NCBI GenBank assembly: GCA_039024555.1
Contig: JBCCQQ010000007.1
Coordinates: forward strand, 1-64,000
Direction of reading: 5' to 3'
Length of the DNA stretch: 64,000 nucleotides
From: Cyanobacteria bacterium P01_D01_bin.156
GTDB taxonomy: Bacteria; Cyanobacteriota; Cyanobacteriia; Phormidesmidales; Phormidesmidaceae
Shown here: one piece after another, positions 11,609 to 19,995 of the stretch
Numbering within the stretch: position 1 is the first letter of the stretch
How the letters are laid out: each line of letters begins with the position of its first letter
Translations under genes and position numbers: made by a program
The notes under the pieces: model-generated
The model's input: only the letters and a program-made list of their open reading frames with translations
What the model was told of the DNA's origin: nothing
Databases searched by the model: none

Positions 11609-12538
11609 TTTATTGAATTTAGATGCAGTGCTTGGTTAAACAGAAAGCTCATGTCATGTCATCAACAACTGACAAAAACCTATGAACGCTGCTGAGCTCT
11701 GGCTGAATATGTCTCAGAAACTATGGCACGGAGCATACCTTGTAGACCAGAGCAGGGTATTGGTTATATCAACAACGGCATCCTGTAAAGAAACATGGAG
11801 AGCTAAAAATTCTACATAATCTATTGAATGGAGATATCTATATTAAAGGTTAAGGTTGCTTGGCCTAAGTCTACCCACAGAAATCGCTGTTCCTTAAGTC
11901 TCTTAATGCAAATTACTGAGGGTAAAATACAGTAATTTGCGCCAAGTTAAACAAGGTATTGCTTACATTTCAAATCAAAATCCCCAAAACGCCTAAGTTG
12001 TAACGCAACTCAAAGATAGACTGCATCACTTTGGAAACCAATCTTGTGTTTTACAAAAATTCACTCAAGAGCAAGATAAGTTGATGTAATGCCCAGCGTT
12101 GGTCTAGTCAATATGTTCGAAGCATTGTTAGGAAAGTGCTAGATAAGCATTGCAAACGATTGCTGAAAGAAGGACTGGTAGCAAGTGGAACCCAGATGGG
12201 GTTGACCTATATTGTCAGTTGTTATGAAGTCGATAGATATGTAAGGGGGGCAGATTTGGGCGATGTTTGTGACAAAAGGCTTTTAGCGTTATCCAATATT
12301 TGGGTAAAACTACTGAGTCAGCCTGGTTTTCCTATTCTAAGTTTTAGCTGTTCTGAGCTATAACAGACAGAACTTTGGGCCTAATGTTTTCAGGCTTAAG
12401 TTTGCTTGTTACTGCATTATTGATTGAGCTAATAACACTAGGGTCGCACTGGCAAAAGTCTATGCAGATTTATGCGTGGAACATAGTCCTGGTAATAGGC
12501 ATTTATTTTGATCAGTCGCCCTCTTGCAGTGGTGTTTA

Positions 12539-12638
12539 GGGCTTGTTAAAAATTAGAATCATGGCGGCCCTGTGCATTTAAATCACGGCTTAACAAGCTT
12601 TTCAGGCTTAAATCGTGAAGTCGTTTCTTAACCGCTAC
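12539..12638. mobile_element. ~100 bp MITE, family A, copy 1
   Basis: Near-identical to 60568-60664; imperfect terminal inverted repeats (gggcttgttaaaaa...tttcttaaccgctac); flanked by TTA...TTA. Confidence 0.75.
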
Positions 12639-12699
12639 TTAGTCAGGGTAGTCAAGGGTTGACTGTAGTGTTGTCAGGTTGTTTCATCTACGAGTGATT

Positions 12700-13890
12700 A
12701 TGGATTTAACTCTAGAAAAGCTGGAGACAGAATATAAGGCGGCGTTTGACTCCTGTGCTTTGCAGTCTAATGTGGAACCTACGGTCAGGGGGATTGTGGG
12801 ACGCATGGTGCAGTTGAGATCGCACTATGAAACCGTTGAAAAAGCAACGGGTATGCCCTGGTGGTTTATTGGAATTCTGCACTACAGCGAGTGGAATTTT
12901 CGCGAACCCGGTCAATTTGAGCAGGAAATTACCAACGTATTGATCGCCAAAAAGTATCACCAGGCCAAGACCCGTACCCTAGGGGCAATGTTGTGGGGAT
13001 TTGACCTATGGAATGGTTTTCGTGGCGGGGCTGGTAAACAATCTACCTGGGTATGGGGAGGGACCACAGTACTTAAAGAACCAACATCGCGGGTAGGAGC
13101 CGCAGCTATTGTGCGCTACCTACAGCAGCAGCAGCTGATTGATATCGGCCAAAAATCAGCCATTGAACTACTGGTACTGACAGATACCTTATTTAAACTA
13201 CGGCCAGAACAAAGTGCCCGCCTATCTGAGCGCGATAAGATCCGGGTGTCCGCTGGTACCCGGTTGGAGCTACTAGGGGATGACCCAGATCAGGGTAACC
13301 ATGTCAAAATTCGCATCCCGGATGGTTTGCTGATTGGTCAATATGATCGCCTGGACTGGTATGTGTATGCCCAACACATTCAGCTAGAAGGCACTGAACC
13401 TAACAATAAACCCAACGATCCGCCCGTAGAACCCGAGACAAAAATTGCTGCTCCCGACCGGGGGCGTCCAATTACTGTCCCTAAGTTAGGTACGGTATAT
13501 CTTGGGGAGCCTATTTTGACTAATGGGAATTTTAGCTGGGCTGAAGCCACTAAAAATGGAAATCGTATCCCAGTGGATGAAACCGTTGTTGATGGCATTA
13601 TTAAAATCGCCGAGGTGATGGAAGAGGTGCGAGAACTCCTGGGAAATCGGCCTATTACCGTGAACTCCTGGTACCGAGATCCGACTTCTAATCGAAGAGC
13701 AGGGGGGGCTAGTCGCTCTCGGCATCTGTCTGGTGATGCTATCGATTTTGTGGTTAAGGGAATTTCTCCTCCCCAGGTCAATCGTCAGCTAGAACCCTGG
13801 TGGGGTAATCGCGGTGGCTTAGCTAGCGCATCAGTATTCACCCACCTGGACGCCCGTGGGTATCGAGCCCGCTGGAGCTACGGCTTCTAG
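12700..13890 (+). CDS. Cell-wall hydrolase: lysozyme-like N-domain, middle beta-domain, C-terminal peptidase M15A (Zn D-Ala-D-Ala type)
   Basis: YETVEKATGMPWWFIGILHYSE; NFSWAEAT; PITVNSWYR...NRRAGGASRSRHLSGDAIDF...FTHLDARG; no signal peptide. Confidence 0.8.
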   Translation: MDLTLEKLETEYKAAFDSCALQSNVEPTVRGIVGRMVQLRSHYETVEKATGMPWWFIGILHYSEWNFREPGQFEQEITNVLIAKKYHQAKTRTLGAMLWGFDLWNGFRGGAGKQSTWVWGGTTVLKEPTSRVGAAAIVRYLQQQQLIDIGQKSAIELLVLTDTLFKLRPEQSARLSERDKIRVSAGTRLELLGDDPDQGNHVKIRIPDGLLIGQYDRLDWYVYAQHIQLEGTEPNNKPNDPPVEPETKIAAPDRGRPITVPKLGTVYLGEPILTNGNFSWAEATKNGNRIPVDETVVDGIIKIAEVMEEVRELLGNRPITVNSWYRDPTSNRRAGGASRSRHLSGDAIDFVVKGISPPQVNRQLEPWWGNRGGLASASVFTHLDARGYRARWSYGF

Positions 13891-14136
13891 AAAATTGACC
13901 AGTTCAGATTGTAAAGTCTGGGCTTAAACTGATTATTAGGTGGCTTACTCTTCTGGCTTCACCCAAGAGTTCGCTATGCTGAGGCTATGGTTGCAAATCT
14001 CTAGCGGAGTTGTCGACGGTAGACAAACTAAGAAGAATGCACTGGTACTACGAGGGCTAGATTTATGCAACAACTTTTTAGATAAAATGTAATTAAGGCT
14101 AATCAATATTCTATTTTTAGAAATACTGAAAATCTT

Positions 14137-17100
14137 ATGACACAAACATCTTTCTCTCCCCAGGATGTTTTTATCTCCTATGGCAGAGCAGACAGTCGTT
14201 TGTTTGCCCGCAGGCTCAAGGATCGTTTAGTAGAGTTAGGATTGACAGTCTGGTTTGACTTTGACGATATCCCTCTAGGAGTGGACTATCAAAATCAGAT
14301 TAATGACGGCATTGAAAAGGCTGATAATTTTCTCTTTATTATTTCTCCCCACTCCGTTAATTCTCCCTACTGTGCCAAAGAAGTCGAGCTGGCCTTGGCT
14401 TGTAATAAGAGAATTATTCCGCTGTTGCACGTGGAAGAGATTAGTCAGGAAACCTGGCAGCAGCGAAATCCAGACGCCAGTCAACTCAACTGGCAGGCTG
14501 TCAAAGAAAAAGGCGCTCACAGTAGCTTCCCGAATATGCACCCGGAAATTAGCAAAATTAACTGGGTTTATCTACGGGAAGGGATAGATGATTTTGAGCA
14601 GGGGCTGGCAGGGCTCAAGGTCATATTAGATCGTCATCAATCCTATGTACATCAACATACTCGACTACTAACCAAGGCATTGGAGTGGGATCGCCAACAG
14701 CGTCAGCCCCAGTATTTGATGGCTAATAATGAGTTGTTAGCTGAAGCTGAAAAATGGCTTGGTACAAGGTTTAAGGATGATCAGCCTCCCTGTATTCCTA
14801 CGGATTTGCACTGTGAATTTGTTACCGAGAGTATCAAGGTTGCCCATGAGCAGATGACCCAAATTTTCATATCCTACAGTGAAGAGGATATGGACATTCA
14901 GCAAAAGATCCGTAAACGCCTGATGAGAGAGGGCTTTACGGTTTGGGTAAACACCGTGGATATTCCCACGGCAACGGATTTTCAACAGGCGATTAATCGA
15001 GGAATTGAAAAGGCTGACAATATTGTTTTGTTGCTATCTCCCAATTCTCTGGCATCACAGTATTGTCAGCAAGAACTGGCCTATGCCCGTCAATACCACA
15101 AGCGGATTATTCCTTTGCTGGTGCAGTCCATGGATGTGGCGGTACTGCCTGACGATCTGCGGATGGTACAGTTTATTGATTTCTCATCCCTGGCGTCTGA
15201 TCTACATTTTGATCGAGCAGTGGCTGAGCTGATCCGCACTCTAAACAGTTCAGCTGATTACTTAACACAGCATAAGCAGCTGTTGGTCAAGGCTTTAGCC
15301 TGGGAAAATCAGGGGCGCGATCGCAAATTTTTACTGAGATCGAATGACTTTGCGGCGGCCAATACATGGCTATCGGAGTCTAGCCCCATCGGCAGTGAAC
15401 CCACCGACCTCCACACCGCGTTTATTCAAGCTAGTCAGGGAATAAATCAGTTTTACGACGTCTTTATTTCCTATGGGCGAGCCGATAGTAAGGCATTTGC
15501 TACCGATTTATATCAGCGGTTAAGCGCTCAAGGATTTCAGGTCTGGTTTGATCAAAATGCGATTCCCTTGGGCGTCGACTTTCAAGAACAGATTAACGAT
15601 GGCATTGAAAAAAGCCATAACTTTATCTTTATCATCGCTCCCCACTCGGTTAATTCTCCCTACTGTGCCAAAGAGATCGCTCTTGCTCTGAAATATAACA
15701 AACGTATTATTCCAATTTTGCAGGCGGAAGAAATTAGCTACTCCACCTGGCAAGAGCGCAACCCTGGCGGAAGCTCAGACCAGTGGGATGCCTATAAAGC
15801 GAAGGGTAAGCATTCCAGCTTTCCGAATATGCATCCTGAAATCAGCAAGATTAACTGGATCTATGCGCGGAACGGCATGGATGATTTAAACGCCGCCATG
15901 AATGGGCTCATGGAATTATGCCATCGCCATGAGGACTATGTTCATCAGCATACTGAGCTACTGATTCAGGCGCTGGCGTGGGAGCGTCATCAGAATCAGA
16001 GTTCCTATTTACTAATGGGAGAAGAGCGGTTACAGGCCCAAAATTGGCTGCTTACGGAATTTACGGGCGAGCAGGCCCCCTGTTCTGCTAGCCTGCTACA
16101 GGCAAAATTTATCACCGAGAGTGTCAAGACTGCAGATAGTGGTATGACTCAGGTCTTTCTCTCCTATGCAGAGGAAGATTTAGCTACTCGCGAAATAGTG
16201 CGGTATCACCTGCTTCAGTCCGGGGTAACCGTATGGACTAACACGGTAGATATTCGTATGGGGGAAGACTTTGAAGCCGCCATCCAGCGAGGGATTGAGG
16301 AAGCTGACAATATAGTCTATTTAATTTCTCAGAAATCCCTAGACTCAGAATATTGTCAAATGGAGATAGACCAGGCATTGGATCTCAATAAAAGAATTAT
16401 TCCGATGCTGGTGGAGGACCTTGATGTCAATCTATTGCCAGATACGATTCGCAAAATTCAATTTATTAATCTAACCGATAACCAAGCCGCCATTGACTTG
16501 GAAAAGGACTTGGCAGAATTACTGAGAGCCATTCGACAAGATGCCCCTTACTATAACCAGCATAAGCGGCTATTAGTACGTGCCCTCAAATGGGAACGAC
16601 AAAAACAAAATCCTAGCCTGTTGTTACAGCGACGTATGCAGGAGACCTATTTTGCCTGGGCACAAAATGCTAAAGGCAGGGCCGTAGGAGGAGCGCTACC
16701 GCTGCAGTTAGCATTTTTAGAGGCGAGCCAGACTCAATCCCCTGATCAAACGCTAGGGGTATTTTTTATTCACCACGTTGATGATTTTGATTTTGCTCAG
16801 CGCTTAAATGAAACTCTCTTGGTTCAAGGGAAAAGCTCCTGGCTTGCTCCGGAAGGGGCTGTGGGCGAAATGGACCGTTGGGATGATACAAAACAGCTCA
16901 TGGATAATGCCGAGAATGTTTTGTTTTTGTTGTCTCCGAGTTCGTTGCGCTGTAAGGCCTGCCTAGAACAGCTCAGCTATGCTCAAGCTCAACAAAAACG
17001 GGTGTTGCCCGTGATTTATCGAGATGTGGTGAAATCCTTGGTGCCAGGGAGTATTAAGACCGTTCCTTGGAGTGATTTTCGACGACATGGGGGAGACTTC

Positions 17101-18618
17101 TTAGTCAACTTTGGTGAATTGTTTCGTACGCTAGAGAGTGATCCGTACCATGTGAAATCCCACACTCGCCTGTTAGTCAAAGCTGCTGAATGGGATACTG
17201 CCAAGCGGGACGACAGCTTTTTACTGCGGGGAAATGACTTAGCAGATTCTGAGCGTTGGCTGCAGCAGGCTAAAGGCAAAGTTCCCCCCGTTACCAATTT
17301 ACAAAAAACGTATATTCAAGCAAGTCAGGCCCTGCCGTTTAAGCGTATTAAGCCGCGTTCTGTGGCCCTAGCTACCGTGGTTAGTACTCTAGTGCTGGGG
17401 GCTGTGCGGTTATTTGGTGGATTGCAACCCCTAGAAACCCGTGCCTACGATCAGTTTCTTCGCTGGAAACCCAGTGAAGCCGAGCAGGATGAGCGTTTGC
17501 TGATTGTTAAAGTGGATAGCCAAAGTGGAGAATGGCTGCGATCGCAAATGATCGATGGTCAGTACGATCCCGGCATTGGCACCATTCCCGATGCGGCCCT
17601 GGCGGAGGCGATTGAGGTACTCAATCGGCATCAGGCCCAGGTAATTGGCCTAGATTTTTTCCGAGACTTTCCAACGGAGGAACCCCTGATCCAGCAGCTG
17701 GCCAGTACCGACAATTTGGTCGGTATCTGTCAGTCTGCTAGCCAGCAGGTGGAAGATATTCCCGAAATTCCTAGCGAAATGCCCAATACACCGGTGCGGT
17801 TTGCTAATTTTCTTTTGGATGGAGGCACCATTATTCGTCGTCAGCCCCTCACCCAATGGATTCCTGAGCCAGGGGCATGTACTACTGAAGAATCTTTTAC
17901 CCTACAGCTGACAGCTAATTATTTAGCCAATACGAACATTGACTATACAAATACGGGGGATGAGTACGACGTTGGCACGATTACCCTTGGGGATGTCACT
18001 GTTCCCAATCTGGATGGCAATGGTGCCGGGTATGTGTATCAATCTCCCTGGCAGGGTTGGAGTGGTTTAGAAGATTATCAAACCCTAATTAATTTTCGTA
18101 CCTACAGTGATGGTAGCGACGGACCTGCCACCGCTAAGTTCATCAATTTTGCCCAGCAGGTTTCCCTGGATGCGGTCATTCGAGATGAGGTACCTCCGGA
18201 ACTGATTCGTAATCGCATTGTCTTAATCGGATATACCGACTTTAGCGATCGCAACTCAGATGCCTTTAATACGCCGTACGGAGACTCCGTGCCTGGAGTT
18301 TACCTTCATGGGCAGATGGTCAGTCAGCTCGTGAATGCCGTGCTGGAAGATCGCCCTTTGGTGCGTTGGTGGCCATTTGTAGGGGAAACAAGTTGGATTT
18401 TACTCTGGTCTGGTGTGGGCGGCGCTATTTTTTGGATATTTGTCAGACCCGTTCCATTAGTTTTTGCCAGCCTGAGTTCCATTGGCCTGCTAACCTTGGC
18501 CTGTTATGGGTTGCTGGTTGGGCCAGTGCTTTGGATTCCCTGGGTGCCTGCCTTAATGGGTTGGGGAGCAACTAGCATAGGAGTCAGCTACATGACATAT
18601 CGGTTACGCAAGGGGTAA
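14137..18618 (+). CDS. Membrane receptor with five tandem TIR domains, TM, CHASE2 sensor and 3 TM
   Basis: Five repeats of the type VFISY...VWFD...IEKADN...SPYCAKE...KRIIP, each followed by a HxRLLxxALEW helical spacer. CHASE2 motifs LQPLETRAYDQF, VIGLDFFRD, RIVLIGYT, PGVYLHGQMVSQL, then three hydrophobic helices. Confidence 0.88.
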   Translation: MTQTSFSPQDVFISYGRADSRLFARRLKDRLVELGLTVWFDFDDIPLGVDYQNQINDGIEKADNFLFIISPHSVNSPYCAKEVELALACNKRIIPLLHVEEISQETWQQRNPDASQLNWQAVKEKGAHSSFPNMHPEISKINWVYLREGIDDFEQGLAGLKVILDRHQSYVHQHTRLLTKALEWDRQQRQPQYLMANNELLAEAEKWLGTRFKDDQPPCIPTDLHCEFVTESIKVAHEQMTQIFISYSEEDMDIQQKIRKRLMREGFTVWVNTVDIPTATDFQQAINRGIEKADNIVLLLSPNSLASQYCQQELAYARQYHKRIIPLLVQSMDVAVLPDDLRMVQFIDFSSLASDLHFDRAVAELIRTLNSSADYLTQHKQLLVKALAWENQGRDRKFLLRSNDFAAANTWLSESSPIGSEPTDLHTAFIQASQGINQFYDVFISYGRADSKAFATDLYQRLSAQGFQVWFDQNAIPLGVDFQEQINDGIEKSHNFIFIIAPHSVNSPYCAKEIALALKYNKRIIPILQAEEISYSTWQERNPGGSSDQWDAYKAKGKHSSFPNMHPEISKINWIYARNGMDDLNAAMNGLMELCHRHEDYVHQHTELLIQALAWERHQNQSSYLLMGEERLQAQNWLLTEFTGEQAPCSASLLQAKFITESVKTADSGMTQVFLSYAEEDLATREIVRYHLLQSGVTVWTNTVDIRMGEDFEAAIQRGIEEADNIVYLISQKSLDSEYCQMEIDQALDLNKRIIPMLVEDLDVNLLPDTIRKIQFINLTDNQAAIDLEKDLAELLRAIRQDAPYYNQHKRLLVRALKWERQKQNPSLLLQRRMQETYFAWAQNAKGRAVGGALPLQLAFLEASQTQSPDQTLGVFFIHHVDDFDFAQRLNETLLVQGKSSWLAPEGAVGEMDRWDDTKQLMDNAENVLFLLSPSSLRCKACLEQLSYAQAQQKRVLPVIYRDVVKSLVPGSIKTVPWSDFRRHGGDFLVNFGELFRTLESDPYHVKSHTRLLVKAAEWDTAKRDDSFLLRGNDLADSERWLQQAKGKVPPVTNLQKTYIQASQALPFKRIKPRSVALATVVSTLVLGAVRLFGGLQPLETRAYDQFLRWKPSEAEQDERLLIVKVDSQSGEWLRSQMIDGQYDPGIGTIPDAALAEAIEVLNRHQAQVIGLDFFRDFPTEEPLIQQLASTDNLVGICQSASQQVEDIPEIPSEMPNTPVRFANFLLDGGTIIRRQPLTQWIPEPGACTTEESFTLQLTANYLANTNIDYTNTGDEYDVGTITLGDVTVPNLDGNGAGYVYQSPWQGWSGLEDYQTLINFRTYSDGSDGPATAKFINFAQQVSLDAVIRDEVPPELIRNRIVLIGYTDFSDRNSDAFNTPYGDSVPGVYLHGQMVSQLVNAVLEDRPLVRWWPFVGETSWILLWSGVGGAIFWIFVRPVPLVFASLSSIGLLTLACYGLLVGPVLWIPWVPALMGWGATSIGVSYMTYRLRKG

Positions 18619-18626
18619 GACATCTC

Positions 18627-19703
18627 ATGATCAAACAATTCAGAACGATTTGGGCAATGTCAAATTCTACTCGCCGTCAGCTGACCTTCGCACTTAGCCT
18701 GATTCTTGGTCTTGGGGTTATGGAGCCTGCCCTTAACCCACCCACAGCGAATGCCGCCTGTTTTTTCTGGCAAGCCTGTGCCAGAAGCCGGGGAAGTGCC
18801 TCCAATACCAGGGCAGGGGGTAAGCGTACGGGGCGTATCCGCGGTGGCAACAATGCCGAAATTCCCTATGTCATTTCGCCGCGAAATGCCTGGATTCGTC
18901 AGCCTGAAGTAGATGAGGCCAATTACACCATTCGCTGGAATCCGGTCGAGGGGACTGCAAGCTACACGGTGCAACTTTGGTTATGGACCTATGAACAGGA
19001 TGAACCTAACGTAGCTCTTTGGGAAGATACTGTTGACGGTACCGTTACTGAAGTTGAGTTTCCTAACCTGGTGCTAACACCCGGTGCCTACTATTCCATA
19101 GAAGTCACGACCGATAGTGGTGTGTCTTCTGATTTAGATGAAGGCTTTTATAAATCTGGTTTCCAGCTATTGTTTAGCGAAGATTACGAGATCCTAAAGC
19201 TGCAACTATCGGATATTGCTGCTGATATTCCTGATGACACCGACAATGTTCTAGCCGCCGCTGATGGGCTTGGAGACTTGACAGAAGAGTCTGCTTTGGC
19301 CAAAGCGGGTGTCTTTTTTCTAGAGGAAATGTATGCGGATGCATTGATTGTTTTGCAGGAATTAATAGCAAGCAACAAAGCATCAGATTTGGTCTATACC
19401 GCGCTAGGCGATACGTATAGTCGCACAGGGCTAAACCAGCTATCGATTGCGTCCTACAGAGAAGCATTAAAGCTCGCTCAATCAAACAGCGACCTACTCA
19501 GCGAAGCCACAATACGAGTGAATTTGGCAGATGTCTATGCCACCCTCGGTGAATTTGATGATGCCCTGGGCCAGTTATCATTGGCGCGTCTGGCTTATAT
19601 TGAGCTGGCGGAAGAGGCAGAAGTTGAACGGCTAAACCGTCGTATTAGCCTGCTATCTCAGCTGGTTGCTCAGCAAAATGAGTCTGCCGATCAAGATTTA
19701 TAG
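18627..19703 (+). CDS. Secreted protein with DUF928-like/FN3-like N-region and C-terminal TPR repeats
   Basis: Signal-peptide-like N-terminus, RAGGKR..GG, PYVISPR..IRWNPVEG, TPR helices (ALGDTYSRTG..YREAL; NLADVYATLG); 8 nt after the TIR-CHASE2 stop. Confidence 0.65.
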   Translation: MIKQFRTIWAMSNSTRRQLTFALSLILGLGVMEPALNPPTANAACFFWQACARSRGSASNTRAGGKRTGRIRGGNNAEIPYVISPRNAWIRQPEVDEANYTIRWNPVEGTASYTVQLWLWTYEQDEPNVALWEDTVDGTVTEVEFPNLVLTPGAYYSIEVTTDSGVSSDLDEGFYKSGFQLLFSEDYEILKLQLSDIAADIPDDTDNVLAAADGLGDLTEESALAKAGVFFLEEMYADALIVLQELIASNKASDLVYTALGDTYSRTGLNQLSIASYREALKLAQSNSDLLSEATIRVNLADVYATLGEFDDALGQLSLARLAYIELAEEAEVERLNRRISLLSQLVAQQNESADQDL

Positions 19704-19850
19704 AAAAACGCCGTTGCTGAGCCTCGGAAGGACTATCAGACAAAATCTCAAAGTTTACCTCCTGAACTGACCCTAGCAGAAACAAACATTCAGGACTTTA
19801 GTCATCCCTATTACTGGGCTGTCTTTAGCTTAGTGGGCAGTCCTTGGTAG
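19704..19850 (+). pseudogene. Orphan 3' end of a CHAT-domain gene
   Basis: Translates KNAVAEPRKDYQTKSQSLPPELTLAETNIQDFSHPYYWAVFSLVGSPW*. It matches the C-termini of the two downstream paralogues (QDFSHPYYWAAFNLVGSPW*) and has no in-frame ATG. Confidence 0.8.
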
Positions 19851-19995
19851 TAAAGCCTTAAAGCATGTGCTCTTCCTTGGACTGAGTATTGTTACTTAAT
19901 GAGGGCATAAACTTCAGAATCAATCTACTCAACAGGGGTACCTCCCAAACATTCTAAGCAAATTATTAAGTCTCACACCTAACGATATTGCTCAC

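Noticed and set aside
12136..12363. 75 aa ORF in the SLATT-GH19/M15 intergenic region
   Set aside because: GTG start, no recognisable motif; likely a chance ORF in a regulatory region
10061..13890. Prophage lysis cassette
   Set aside because: No integrase, capsid, tail, terminase or other phage genes anywhere in the window
9113..18618. Canonical Thoeris system (TIR plus SLOG)
   Set aside because: No SIR2 or Macro effector is present. The SLOG is LSDAT-type and the TIRs are on a CHASE2 receptor transcribed divergently. Kept only as an analogy.
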